Positions 19,784 through 29,664 of a stretch of DNA of 64,000 nucleotides are shown one piece after another (within the stretch, counting starts at the first letter, position 1; each line of letters begins with the position of its first letter). The translations under genes were made by a program, and so were the position numbers. Where the stretch lies: assembly GCA_038064015.1 (NCBI GenBank), contig JBBTUB010000015.1:7093-71092 (forward strand), read 5' to 3'. The notes beneath the pieces were generated by a model. That model saw only the letters and a program-made list of their open reading frames with translations. It was not told the origin of the DNA and searched no databases. The stretch is from Patescibacteria group bacterium (GTDB taxonomy: Bacteria; Patescibacteriota; Minisyncoccia; 2-02-FULL-40-12; IGHO2-01-FULL-4-A).

Positions 19784-20978
19784 GGCGCGCCATCAAAAGC
19801 GTGACCAACAATTCGGTAGCGACCGTGTTCCAAGCGGCGGCAGTCGCGCCATATTGGGGGATGAATAGCAGATTTAAGAGGACGTTGATCGCGGCACCGC
19901 ACCCATAGATCCATATTCCTTTCCGTTGAAGATCAAGCGCGATGATCGCGCTCCCAAAAAGATTTCCAAAGAAAATAATACCGATCGAAATGCTTAAGAT
20001 TCGCAATAACGGCACCGCCGCGCTAAATGCCGCATCTCCGATCAGAGCAATGATGGGATTCGCAAAAACAACCAACGCAACCACGGTGAGGGTCGCACCC
20101 GCGCCAAGCCTTCGCGCAGCGCGAAAAAAAACCGGTCGGAATTCGCTTGAACGAAAAGCGAATTTTGATAAAAGCGGCATGATGAGTCCCACATACATCG
20201 CGGGGAAAAATATCACGACTTCCAGCACTTTATAGGCCACGGAGTACATCCCGACTTCAGCCTCACTGCTCATCACCGAGAGCATGACGGTATCGATTTT
20301 AAAATAGACCAGGGTAAACACTAACGATGCCGCGATAGGAAACGCCGAGCGCAACATGCCCTTCCAATACACGACATCGATCTTGAGATGAAATGGTATG
20401 ATGTGGCGCGCGGCGACCACCGTGATGACCATGTGAATTACTTCCGCCACCACGTTAATCCATAGGACGGGGATTAACGCCACCATACCGTACTTCAAGA
20501 GCACCAGGAGCCCCCCAAGCTGAATCCCGCGCGTTATAAAGTCTCCTACGGCTACCACGCCCAGACGCAAATGCTTTTGAAATACTCCCATGAGCACCTG
20601 CGTGATCGACTGCGCCGCGGTCGCCAGAATGACGATCAATATCCCCATCGTTACGACGCTTCCGTACCCAACCAATGGCAGGAGCGCCACGGCGACCGCA
20701 GTAGTTACTCCGATCAATACCAAGCGAAGCGTGACAAGCAGGCCCGTGATGCGCGCTTCATCGGCTCCTTCACGAGAAATTTCACGCGTCAACAGTGTGC
20801 CGATGCCCATATCAGCGGCGATAGAGACAAAAAAGAGATACGCGTAGATCGTACTGTATTGGCCAAACCCCTCCGGCCCCAGTTGCCTCGTTAGAATCGC
20901 GAGGATGATTAACCCGAGCGTGTTGACCGCCGCGCGCGAAAAAAAGGCAATGCCAAAATTGCGCGAGATACTGCTCAT
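19743..20978 (-). CDS. MOP-superfamily oligosaccharide flippase (Wzx-like)
   Basis: ILTRQLGPEGFGQYS, D-x-GI, KIDTVML...VGMYSVAYK; about 12 TMs. Confidence 0.88.
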   Translation of the reverse strand: MSSISRNFGIAFFSRAAVNTLGLIILAILTRQLGPEGFGQYSTIYAYLFFVSIAADMGIGTLLTREISREGADEARITGLLVTLRLVLIGVTTAVAVALLPLVGYGSVVTMGILIVILATAAQSITQVLMGVFQKHLRLGVVAVGDFITRGIQLGGLLVLLKYGMVALIPVLWINVVAEVIHMVITVVAARHIIPFHLKIDVVYWKGMLRSAFPIAASLVFTLVYFKIDTVMLSVMSSEAEVGMYSVAYKVLEVVIFFPAMYVGLIMPLLSKFAFRSSEFRPVFFRAARRLGAGATLTVVALVVFANPIIALIGDAAFSAAVPLLRILSISIGIIFFGNLFGSAIIALDLQRKGIWIYGCGAAINVLLNLLFIPQYGATAAAWNTVATELLVTLLMARLIWPAIKDRAARL

Positions 20979-21436
20979 CAGGAAGACGCCAGCTTGATGA
21001 TAATTCTCCGATTCGGTTCTACGCCGATACTTTCTGTCTGGAGCGAGGTATACGAAGCGAGCTTCGTATGAAGTAGCTTACGCTCGTGGGCGCTCATGGG
21101 AGCGAGCGCTTCAGATACCCCCTTGGCGAGCACTCGCTGTGCGGCTTCGTCGGCAAGCTCAAAAAGTTTGATAATATGAGATTTTCGATAATCATCGACA
21201 TCCAGAAAAAAATCCGGCATGGCATGCTCAGCCATCCGGCGCGCACTGAGAAGCCGCACGATATGCTCAAGCGCGTAGAGGTGTTCGCCGCGAGCTCCGA
21301 TCAATGAAGTGAGGGGCTGCGAGGAAGCGATGCGAATCATCGGGAATAGGTCTTCAGTCCACGAACAGCCCGCCTCAAAGCCCGCTCGGGCAAGGATTTC
21401 CTCGGTCGTGGAAAGGATGATTTGTCGCGGATCCAT
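20978..21436 (-). CDS. jag: Jag/EloR KH-R3H RNA-binding protein (no Jag_N domain)
   Basis: LIGARGEHL KH motif; PMSAHERKLLH R3H motif; synteny with yidC. Confidence 0.9.
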   Translation of the reverse strand: MDPRQIILSTTEEILARAGFEAGCSWTEDLFPMIRIASSQPLTSLIGARGEHLYALEHIVRLLSARRMAEHAMPDFFLDVDDYRKSHIIKLFELADEAAQRVLAKGVSEALAPMSAHERKLLHTKLASYTSLQTESIGVEPNRRIIIKLASS

Positions 21437-21441
21437 GGGGA

Positions 21442-22143
21442 TTATTGATATCTGCGCCGGATATACACCAGCTCAAAGATAGCAAACGCCGTCGTGGTAA
21501 TCCAGTAGAGGACGAGTCCCGCCGGCAAGCTCCACGAGATGACGACAATCATCACCGGAAAGATATACATCATCTGTTTCGTCATCTTCGCCGCGGCATC
21601 GTTGACCCCCGCGACCGGAGTCTTCTGCAGGCGTGTCGTCAAATATGACTGCACCCCTTGAAGGACACCGGCAATGATCGCCATAACGGGATACTTCTGG
21701 GCGAGGTCGAGAAAACCCAATCCGATATTCCCCAAGCTCCCCGGGTTATGAACGAAGGAATAGAGGCCGGAAAGATTTTCCGGTTTAACGCCATTAATGA
21801 AAACTCTATATAATGCCCAGATCACGGGAAGCTGGATTAATATCGGAAGGCATCCACTGAGCGGGTTCACCTTGTGCTCCTTCCAGAGCGCCATTTGAGC
21901 CTGCGCCAGTCCCTGCTTATCGCCCTTGTGCTTTACTTGCAGTCCCTGAATCTTTGGCTGGATCTCCGCCATCGCTTTTTGAGATCGCAGCGCTTTGAGC
22001 GAGAGGGGAATAAACACGATCCTGATGAGAATCGTGAGGAGGATGATCGCAACTCCAAGGTCATGTCCGGGAATGGTATTATAAATCCCGACCAAAAGGT
22101 TAAACAGGGGGCGATAGAGGATTTCATTGAAAAGAAACATCAT
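21442..22143 (-). CDS. yidC: Membrane protein insertase YidC/Oxa1
   Basis: NPLSGCLPILIQLPV, PAGLVLYW. Confidence 0.95.
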   Translation of the reverse strand: MMFLFNEILYRPLFNLLVGIYNTIPGHDLGVAIILLTILIRIVFIPLSLKALRSQKAMAEIQPKIQGLQVKHKGDKQGLAQAQMALWKEHKVNPLSGCLPILIQLPVIWALYRVFINGVKPENLSGLYSFVHNPGSLGNIGLGFLDLAQKYPVMAIIAGVLQGVQSYLTTRLQKTPVAGVNDAAAKMTKQMMYIFPVMIVVISWSLPAGLVLYWITTTAFAIFELVYIRRRYQ

Positions 22144-22337
22144 GGGTGGCAGGTAAGTAATCGTCGGACACTCGCAACCCCTCCGTCAACCAGTCCAAGG
22201 CGCCGGAGTGAGCGGATCGAGTACTCAGAACACGAAAGTTCATAGCGACAACCGCCGGTTGGACCAAAGGCGGTATGGAGCAGCGGAGAAATCATAGCTT
22301 GATAGGCTCGGATGAGAAAAATAATAACTTGACTCAT
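22140..22337 (-). CDS. yidD: Membrane protein insertion efficiency factor YidD
   Basis: IRAYQ-x-x-ISP, CRY-x-x-SCSEY, RLLTCHP. Confidence 0.92.
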   Translation of the reverse strand: MSQVIIFLIRAYQAMISPLLHTAFGPTGGCRYELSCSEYSIRSLRRLGLVDGGVASVRRLLTCHP

Positions 22338-22567
22338 AAATTTTTTGATGTGTGCTGCAGATCCTCCTTGATTTCTTGAAACCTTTTACCTACGATAGAA
22401 GGCAGGGCGATGATCGCGATGCCGGGCCCTGTGGAGAATGTGTGGATCGTGCGAATTGCTTCTCGAAGTCGCCGCTTGATGAGATTTCGCTGGACCGCTT
22501 TGGCCGCCACTTTCTTGGAAACCACAACTCGAAAGCTCTTTGATGGCTTGATAACTACGTACTTCAC
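22334..22567 (-). CDS. rnpA: Ribonuclease P protein component (short)
   Basis: [25 protein letters not shown]-type motif; synteny. Confidence 0.92.
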   Translation of the reverse strand: MKYVVIKPSKSFRVVVSKKVAAKAVQRNLIKRRLREAIRTIHTFSTGPGIAIIALPSIVGKRFQEIKEDLQHTSKNL

Positions 22568-22701
22568 GTAGACAAGCGCTTCCGCCCCTTGGCGCGTCTT
22601 CGCGAGAGAACTTTCTTCCCATTCTTCGTGAGCATGCGCTTTCGGAATCCGTGAGTAGCTTTACGCTTTTTCTTTTTGGGCCGATAGAGTGTTATTTTCA
22701 T
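22564..22701 (-). CDS. rpmH: 50S ribosomal protein L34 (not in the ORF track)
   Basis: Manual translation [45 protein letters not shown]. Confidence 0.96.
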   Translation of the reverse strand: MKITLYRPKKKKRKATHGFRKRMLTKNGKKVLSRRRAKGRKRLST

Positions 22702-22810
22702 ATATGTAGAGTATCACTTTTTTAAGTAATAGTCAAAAATAGCAGCCTATGAACATGTTATCAACTTCATCATCGTTCCCAGTCTTCCTCCCTTCACCTA
22801 TACTACCTTT

Positions 22811-24181
22811 ATGACGAACGAGGAGTTATGGAAAATCGTACTGACGGAAATGGAGCTCTCCTTATCGCGGGCAAACTTCACGACATGGTTCAAAGGAACG
22901 AATCTCCTGGCCAACGCGAACGGCTGCATGATGGTGAGCGTCCCCAATGGATTTATCAAGGAGTGGCTTGAGAACAAGTTCAATAAACAGATCTTTCACA
23001 TCATCAGGCAACATCATCCCGAAGTCCGGGAAATTAAGTACACCATTGGCATGTCGCGCCCCGAAGCGGTTTTGAGTAAGCGTGACTTCGTCCAGTTCAT
23101 CCCGGAACAACTCGTAAAAGAAGCCGCTCCGGAAGACGTTAACGCGGTGACGAACTTCAACAAACGCTATACATTTGATTCATTCGTCGTTGGGCCAAAC
23201 AACGAACTCGCCCATGCCGCAAGCCTCGCGGTCGCTAAAAAGCCGGGGCATCTCTATAATCCCTTGTTTTTGTATGGCGGCGTAGGGCTTGGCAAAACCC
23301 ACCTGCTCCAGGCAACCGGGAATTATATCGCGCACACGATGCCGGAGAAGAAAATGTGCTACATTTCCACCGAGCGGCTCGTAGCTCAAATCGTAGAGTC
23401 ATTTAAGAATAGGACTACTGAGCACTTGAAGCAGAAATTCCACGGACTTGATGTGTTGGTCGTGGATGATATCCAGTTTCTTTCGGGGAAAACCACGACC
23501 CAGGATATTTTCTTTTCGATATTCAATGAGCTTTACGCGAAAAATCGGCAGATTATTCTTTCTTCAGACCGGCCACCAAGCACGATTGCCGCACTCGAAG
23601 AGCGGCTCCGCTCGCGTTTTGAGGGCGGCATGATCGCCGATATCGGCATCCCGGAATATGAGACCCGTCTTGCGATTCTCGCCATGAAGGCAAAGGAAAA
23701 GAATTTTGAGATTGATGCTGAGTCACTTGACTATATTGCTTCAAATATCCAGAAAAATATCCGAGAACTCGAAGGCGCGCTCAACCGCATCATCGCATTT
23801 GGGCAGATTTACAACAAAACCCCAGCACTCAAAGAAATCAAGCAGCTCCTCGGCACCTACGTGAATGCCCCGTATCGAAAGCCCACCTCTCAATCAGTCA
23901 TCAAGTCCGTAGCGGACTTTTATCGCATCGCCCAAACCGACCTGGTAAAGCGCAGCCGCCGCAAGGAAGTGGTGCGTCCACGCCAAATCGCCATGTTTTT
24001 ACTCCGTGAAGAAGTGAAGTACTCATTCCCGGAAATCGGCGCAAGGCTGGGCGGGCGCGATCATTCAACGGTGATCCATGCATGCACTAAGATCAAAGAA
24101 GAAGAGCTTAATAATGACACTACCCGGCAAGAATTAAATCTGATCAAAGAGCGTATTTATCAAAATTTTGAAACTGCGTGA
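22811..24181 (+). CDS. dnaA: Chromosomal replication initiator DnaA
   Basis: YTFDSFVVG, YNPLFLYGGVGLGKTHL, DDIQFL, RLRSRF, GGRDHSTVIH. Confidence 0.98.
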   Translation: MTNEELWKIVLTEMELSLSRANFTTWFKGTNLLANANGCMMVSVPNGFIKEWLENKFNKQIFHIIRQHHPEVREIKYTIGMSRPEAVLSKRDFVQFIPEQLVKEAAPEDVNAVTNFNKRYTFDSFVVGPNNELAHAASLAVAKKPGHLYNPLFLYGGVGLGKTHLLQATGNYIAHTMPEKKMCYISTERLVAQIVESFKNRTTEHLKQKFHGLDVLVVDDIQFLSGKTTTQDIFFSIFNELYAKNRQIILSSDRPPSTIAALEERLRSRFEGGMIADIGIPEYETRLAILAMKAKEKNFEIDAESLDYIASNIQKNIRELEGALNRIIAFGQIYNKTPALKEIKQLLGTYVNAPYRKPTSQSVIKSVADFYRIAQTDLVKRSRRKEVVRPRQIAMFLLREEVKYSFPEIGARLGGRDHSTVIHACTKIKEEELNNDTTRQELNLIKERIYQNFETA

Positions 24182-24318
24182 AATGTTAATAACTACTATC
24201 CACATCACTATCAACACGAGCACCCACAGTAATTTATGTTAATAATAACTAAGTAACTCTCACTAATTCATCCTTATCCACTATCTTATCCCTTCTTATA
24301 GTAGTATATAATATATCT
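24182..24318. promoter_or_regulatory. Probable oriC: DnaA-box cluster in an AT-rich dnaA-dnaN spacer
   Basis: CTATCCACA 24196-24204, CTATCAACA 24208-24216, TTATCCACT 24274-24282, TGTTAATAA 24184-24192 and 24237-24245. Confidence 0.7.
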
Positions 24319-25407
24319 ATGAAGATAATAATAAACCAAAATAAATTACAACTTGCTGTGCGTTCCGTGGAACGAGTGGTTTCGAAAAACGTTTCACTCC
24401 CGATTCTAAACACGATTCTTATTAAAACCGAAGGGGGACGCGTGAAGCTTACCACCACAAATTTAGAAGTCGGCATTCATTACTTTATCGGCGCTAAAAT
24501 CGAGGAAGAAGGGGTGATTGCGGTGCCGGCGCGCGTATTCTCTGAGTTTATCGGGAATATCCAAGATGAAAAAATAACTCTGAGCACCGAGCGGAATACC
24601 TTACTGGTAAATTCCGAACACTACCAGACGAAAATCCTCGGCATGGGGGCCGAAGAATTTCCAATTATTCCCACATTGCATAATGCGATAGAATTTAAAA
24701 TTCCAGTTACCGTTCTGAAGCAAGCACTCGGAAGTGTACTGGATTCCACCTCACTCTTGGAGACTCGACCGGAGCTTACGGGCGTATTCATCGCCGTGGA
24801 GCCTACGAGCCTGACGTGCGCCGCCACAGATAGCTTTCGCTTATCGGAGTATGTGGCCGCAGTAAAGACCGGCGCGAGTAAGTCTTTCATTCTTCCGCGC
24901 ACCACCGCGCTGGAAGTGATGCGGCTGGCGAGTGAGCATGAGGGAGGCGCAGAGATTGCCGTTTCAGAAAACCAAATTTCGGTACGGGGGGATGACTTTG
25001 AGCTCATCTCGCGGCTTATTGACGGGAGGTATCCTGAATACAAGAAAATAATTCCCGAAAAATACACCCAAGAAGTCACGGTGGGGAAACAGGAGCTCGA
25101 GCGCGCAGTCCGTATGGCGAGTATTTTTTCCTCAAGTATTTCCGATCTCCTCGTCAAAGTATCAAAAACTTCTATGGTATTAACAGCAAAAAACAGTGAC
25201 CGGGGAGAAATCGATGCCCAGCTTCCTTGTTCAGGAACGACCTCGCCGTTTGAAGTTTCAGTGAATTATCGGTATCTCTTGGATGGGCTCAAGGTGATCT
25301 CGGCCGGGGATGTGATACTCGGGTATACGGGCCCCGGGAGCCCCCTGGTAGTCAGAGGAGCCGGGCAGGACCACCAGCTCTACGTCATTATGCCCTTGCG
25401 GACATGA
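24319..25407 (+). CDS. dnaN: DNA polymerase III beta sliding clamp
   Basis: LPIL, TTNLE, ATDSFRL, SRLIDGRYPEY, YVIMPLR. Confidence 0.97.
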   Translation: MKIIINQNKLQLAVRSVERVVSKNVSLPILNTILIKTEGGRVKLTTTNLEVGIHYFIGAKIEEEGVIAVPARVFSEFIGNIQDEKITLSTERNTLLVNSEHYQTKILGMGAEEFPIIPTLHNAIEFKIPVTVLKQALGSVLDSTSLLETRPELTGVFIAVEPTSLTCAATDSFRLSEYVAAVKTGASKSFILPRTTALEVMRLASEHEGGAEIAVSENQISVRGDDFELISRLIDGRYPEYKKIIPEKYTQEVTVGKQELERAVRMASIFSSSISDLLVKVSKTSMVLTAKNSDRGEIDAQLPCSGTTSPFEVSVNYRYLLDGLKVISAGDVILGYTGPGSPLVVRGAGQDHQLYVIMPLRT

Positions 25408-25637
25408 AGGCCTTAGGATTTAGCAAGCTCAAAGCGAAGCTGGCAGCCCAAGCCCAAAGAGATAAAGAACTTCGAGAAATAATTGCCGGACTGGTGGATA
25501 TTTCGCAATTGAAGGAAATTTCCCGCTCACCACGTGCGATCGTGTTAGTCGCCGCGAATAAAGTATTCGCGCAAGAATTGTTTTTTAAAAAAGAAGCATT
25601 GCAACGCATGTTTTCCTGCGAAGTCGTTATAAAATAG
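25404..25637 (+). CDS. Small protein, possibly DciA/DUF721-like
   Basis: ATGA-coupled to dnaN; IVLVAANKVFAQELFFKK resembles the DUF721 core (inference). Confidence 0.5.
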   Translation: MKALGFSKLKAKLAAQAQRDKELREIIAGLVDISQLKEISRSPRAIVLVAANKVFAQELFFKKEALQRMFSCEVVIK

Positions 25638-27825
25638 GGGGAGCCGTCACGAAGGGAACGGGAGTAGAGGATGCGCCCGGTTCCGAAGTTGGTTCGGCAG
25701 AAGGAGTAGGTTGCTGGCCTGTCTCCGTTACCCATTGCTGGACTGCGCTTTCCCAGTTGCGGAACATGCGGTCATTTTGGTTGATGTAGTAGAGGATCGA
25801 GTGAATCTCTCCATCGGGGCCATGATAGTCCCCGTTCATCATCGGGCGGTCATCAATGACCGGATTGGGCTTCCTGAAGTATTCTACGGGAGTTTTTTGC
25901 AGGGCGCGTCGCATGTACTCATTCCACACGGGGCCGGCAGCCGAAGCTCCGGCTCCGGCGGCGGTCATTGGGGAGTCGTCGTTGTTGCCGGTCCAGATAC
26001 CCGTCACCAGCGACGGCGTGTAGCCGATCAGCCACCCATCGCGGTTATTCTGTGTCGTCCCGGTTTTTGCGGCCGCGGGGCGTCCGGGGAGGACGAGTGA
26101 ATTATTAAATCCAAACGCCGGCGCACGCGCGTTGTTGTCGGAGAGAATGTCGGAAATCATCCGCGCGACCTGGGAAGGAAGTACCCGCTCGTCTTCGGGC
26201 TGGTACTCTTCCAGGATGGAGCCATCCGCAGTGGTGATTTTAAGAATGAATGTCGTGGGATTGCGAACGCCATCATTCGCGAAGACGCCGTAGCCTGAGA
26301 CCATGTCAATGAGACTCACTCCCGTGCCACCAAGGACCACGGAGAGCCCGTACGTCGTCTGTGGGTCCAGAGAGGCAAGTCCCATGCTGTGCGCGGTCTC
26401 GATGGTGTCCGTAATTCCCGCGAGATAGAATGCTTTGACGGCGGGGATATTGAGTGACCTTGCCAAGGCCTGCCGGATCGTGACCGGTCCCGAGAACGTT
26501 CCGCTGTAATTGCGGGGGTGATAACATGGCCCTGTGCCGTATGATTGGCCTCCTGATGGGTCGCAGGTAGGGTTAAACTCCGTCTTGAGGTCAAAGAGTA
26601 CCGTAGAGTCGCTATAGCCCTTGAGGAATGCTGTGGCGTACGCGAACGGCTTAAATGACGACCCCGGCTGTCGGATGTTGCTCAACGCGACATTGTAGTT
26701 GCCTTTTCTCTCGATCTTAAAATAATCCCGAGATCCGACGAGCGCGAGAAGCTGACCGGTCTTCGGGTCAATCGATACGAGCGACATATTGTCCGCTTTG
26801 TATTTCTTCTCGTTAATGTCGCCATACTTGGTGACAAGTTCCTGAGCGATATCTTGCTTCTCTTTGTCCAGGGTTGTGATTACTTTGAGCCCTCCATTTT
26901 CAACAAGCTCTTCGCCATACTTACTGATCAAGTATTCTTTTACCATGATCACAAAGTGCGCGGCGGGGAAGCGGTCTTCGGCTTCTTTGAATTTTGGAGC
27001 GTCTTGGATAGCGGTGTCATATTCCGCTTCCGTGATCATGCCGAGTTCCTTCATGCGCCGCAATACATACTGCTGTCGATTGGTAAGTTGGTCGACGTGA
27101 TTGCCATAGGGCGAATAATAGCTTGGTGCCTTGGGGAGTGCGGCGAGCGTCGCGGCCTCGGAGAGGGTCAACTCGATCGCGGGTTTGCCGAAAAAAGTCT
27201 GGCTGGCAGCTTCGATCCCGTATGCGTTGGATCCATAGGGGATTTGGTTGAGGTACATCCAGAAGATCTGGTCTTTTGAGTAGGCGCGCTCGATCTGGAT
27301 CGCGAGGATCATCTCTTTGATTTTACGGGTGATGGTCCGATCATCGCCAACGATCGCTTTTTTAACCAGCTGTTGTGTGATGGAAGATCCTCCCTGGGCG
27401 ACCTCAAAACTGCTGACGTCATGCCAGATCGCTCGGGCGATGCCGCGGAGGTTGATTCCCGAGTGGTCATAAAATCCCCAATCTTCCGTGGCGAGCGTCG
27501 CATTTTTTACGGAATCGGGGATTTGTTCCCACGACACGATCGTTCGCTTTTCTTCGCCGTGAACGTCGTAGAGGACCGTGACTCCGGTCCGGTCATAGAT
27601 CTTCGTGGATTCATTGATGTGGCGCACCGAAAGGATCGAAGGATCGGGAACCTGAAATATGAAATAGGTCACGACCACGACCGCAATGACCACGCAGCCC
27701 GCGGCAATTCCTCCGAGTGTCCAAAAAAACCGCTTCCAATTGCGCGGCTTGATGTATCTGACATAAAAAGACCGCGCGAGCCGGTAGAGCGAAGCAAGAA
27801 AATCTTGTACCTTTTTAAGTGTCAT
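25627..27825 (-). CDS. Class A penicillin-binding protein (transglycosylase/transpeptidase)
   Basis: EDWGFYDHSG, GGSSITQQLVK, RKIKE, YLNQI; SSFK, SLN, KTGT. Confidence 0.95.
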   Translation of the reverse strand: MTLKKVQDFLASLYRLARSFYVRYIKPRNWKRFFWTLGGIAAGCVVIAVVVVTYFIFQVPDPSILSVRHINESTKIYDRTGVTVLYDVHGEEKRTIVSWEQIPDSVKNATLATEDWGFYDHSGINLRGIARAIWHDVSSFEVAQGGSSITQQLVKKAIVGDDRTITRKIKEMILAIQIERAYSKDQIFWMYLNQIPYGSNAYGIEAASQTFFGKPAIELTLSEAATLAALPKAPSYYSPYGNHVDQLTNRQQYVLRRMKELGMITEAEYDTAIQDAPKFKEAEDRFPAAHFVIMVKEYLISKYGEELVENGGLKVITTLDKEKQDIAQELVTKYGDINEKKYKADNMSLVSIDPKTGQLLALVGSRDYFKIERKGNYNVALSNIRQPGSSFKPFAYATAFLKGYSDSTVLFDLKTEFNPTCDPSGGQSYGTGPCYHPRNYSGTFSGPVTIRQALARSLNIPAVKAFYLAGITDTIETAHSMGLASLDPQTTYGLSVVLGGTGVSLIDMVSGYGVFANDGVRNPTTFILKITTADGSILEEYQPEDERVLPSQVARMISDILSDNNARAPAFGFNNSLVLPGRPAAAKTGTTQNNRDGWLIGYTPSLVTGIWTGNNDDSPMTAAGAGASAAGPVWNEYMRRALQKTPVEYFRKPNPVIDDRPMMNGDYHGPDGEIHSILYYINQNDRMFRNWESAVQQWVTETGQQPTPSAEPTSEPGASSTPVPFVTAPPIL

Positions 27826-27863
27826 GGTTGTAATTCTGCCACGAAATCGCTATAGTTACAAGC

Positions 27864-29021
27864 ATGGAAGACCGAGAAGATTTAATAAAAAGGATATTTC
27901 ATAAAGCCGTGATGGCCGAGGCGTATCCTGATAAAAAATCAGTCCAGGAGCGCTTGCTCAAAGAATCCGGTCTAGTATTTTATTATGGAATCGATCCGAC
28001 AGGTCCCGATGTCCACTTAGGACATGTTGTTCAGTTGCTTTTACTCAAGCGACTTATTAAGCTTGGGCACAAGGCAATTTTATTGTTCGGCGATTTTACT
28101 GCCCGCATAGGAGACCCTACCGGAAAAGACACGACTCGTCGCCCTCTTTCCGAAGAAGAAATCCAGAAGAATTTATCGACGTATCTGGTTCAAGTCGAAA
28201 AAATTCTCGAAAAAGGGTCCTTTGAAGTGCGACACAATCAAACGTGGCTTGCGCCAGTGACATTTACTGAAATATTAAAGTTGGCGGGACATTTCACGGT
28301 GCAGCAGATGATCGAGCGGGATATGTTTCAAAGAAGAATTTCTGAAGGCAAACCGATCGGACTTCATGAATTTTTATACCCGCTTATGCAAGGATATGAT
28401 TCTGTCGCTATGGATGTTGATGGAGAGATCGGGGGGAACGACCAGACATTCAACATGTTAGTAGGCAGAGACTTACTTAAAACTATTAAAAGAAAAGACA
28501 AGATTGTCATTACAACTCGGTTGCTTACTGACCGCACGGGCAAGAAAATGAGCAAGAGCGAGGGGAGTCTCATTGCGATAGCTGACCCTCCAGAGATTGT
28601 TTATGAAAAAGTCATGAATGCCATCCCCGATGACATGGTGCCTTCGATTTTTGAGATGTGTACGGAAGTTCCTCTTGAGGAAATCAATCCTGAAGAAAAT
28701 CGTGAGTCTCACGAGAAGCTAGCTTTTGAACTTACGCGCATGTTTCATTCACAAGAGGCTGCTGAAAAGGCGCGGGACGTATTCTTGCAGACCGCAAGCG
28801 GCGAATACGAGAGAGAAAGTATGCCAACTGGGCCAACACAAATCACCAAATTTTTAGTTGACAATGGTGTAGCAGGAACCAGCGGAGAAGCCCAGGGACT
28901 TATAAGACAGGGTGTGGTTTTTAAAAATGGCATACTACTCCAGAAAGTTGAAAAGGTAGGACCCGGTGATAAAATTTCTGTGGGGAAACGAATTAAGATC
29001 AAAATCCCCGAGAAAAAATAA
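27864..29021 (+). CDS. tyrS: Tyrosine--tRNA ligase
   Basis: YGIDPTG-x-x-VHLGH, GDPTGK, YPLMQGYD, GGNDQ, KMSKS, C-terminal S4 domain. Confidence 0.97.
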   Translation: MEDREDLIKRIFHKAVMAEAYPDKKSVQERLLKESGLVFYYGIDPTGPDVHLGHVVQLLLLKRLIKLGHKAILLFGDFTARIGDPTGKDTTRRPLSEEEIQKNLSTYLVQVEKILEKGSFEVRHNQTWLAPVTFTEILKLAGHFTVQQMIERDMFQRRISEGKPIGLHEFLYPLMQGYDSVAMDVDGEIGGNDQTFNMLVGRDLLKTIKRKDKIVITTRLLTDRTGKKMSKSEGSLIAIADPPEIVYEKVMNAIPDDMVPSIFEMCTEVPLEEINPEENRESHEKLAFELTRMFHSQEAAEKARDVFLQTASGEYERESMPTGPTQITKFLVDNGVAGTSGEAQGLIRQGVVFKNGILLQKVEKVGPGDKISVGKRIKIKIPEKK

Positions 29022-29047
29022 AATCCCCCGCCAAGGCGGGGGGTTTT
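29021..29047. terminator. Hairpin terminator between convergent genes
   Basis: AAATCCCCCGCC-AA-GGCGGGGGGTTTT. Confidence 0.7.
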
Positions 29048-29050
29048 GGG

Positions 29051-29179
29051 CTAGGCTTCTTCCTCTTCTTCTTTTTCTTCTTCAGTATCGTCATCATCTT
29101 CGTCTTCTTCTTCTTTTTCCCCCTCTTCCCCCCCTTCCCCTTCGTCTGCCATGAGCAGATAATTTAATAGGTTTTTCAT
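29051..29179 (-). CDS. 42-aa highly acidic micro-protein (not in the ORF track)
   Basis: MKNLLNYLLMADEGEGGEEGEKEEEDEDDDDTEEEKEEEEEA*; its ATG overlaps the ruvC TGA; followed by a terminator. Confidence 0.65.
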   Translation of the reverse strand: MKNLLNYLLMADEGEGGEEGEKEEEDEDDDDTEEEKEEEEEA

Positions 29180-29664
29180 GCCCCGTATCTTACCGTATTG
29201 GCACAGCAAATTGCAAGTGCCAGGGCATCGGCCACGTCGTCGGGCTTGGGAGGCGCCTTGAGCCCCAGGATCATCGTCACCATGCGTTCCACTTGCGCCT
29301 TATCCGCCCGGCCATAGCCCGAGATCGCTTGCTTGACCTGAAGCGGGGTGAACTCGCGTATCTCAACACCCGCTTGGGCCGCCGCCAAAAGCAGTACGCC
29401 GCGAATTTCGCTGACTTGCATGACGGTTTTTGCGTTTTTAAAAAAGAACAGCGTTTCCAGCGAGACGATGTCCGGCTTCTGTTTTTTTATCAGCTTTGAA
29501 AAAAAATCAAAAACATCGTTGACGCGATCACGATTGTGAATATTACTCTTTGTTCTGAACGCGCCAAAATCAATCGCCGACAAGCCGTCAATAATTCCCC
29601 AGCCGATCAGGCTCGTGCCGGGGTCAATTCCGAGAATTCGTAGGGACGCGGACTTCTTTGACAT
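29176..29664 (-). CDS. ruvC: Holliday junction resolvase RuvC
   Basis: ILGIDPG, E-x-LFF-x-KN, TPLQVKQAISGYGRADKAQV, DDVADALA. Confidence 0.96.
   Translation of the reverse strand: MSKKSASLRILGIDPGTSLIGWGIIDGLSAIDFGAFRTKSNIHNRDRVNDVFDFFSKLIKKQKPDIVSLETLFFFKNAKTVMQVSEIRGVLLLAAAQAGVEIREFTPLQVKQAISGYGRADKAQVERMVTMILGLKAPPKPDDVADALALAICCANTVRYGA

Noticed and set aside
28966-29154. Leu-rich 62-aa + strand ORF
   Set aside because: It is the antisense of the acidic micro-protein, crosses a terminator and lacks a plausible start
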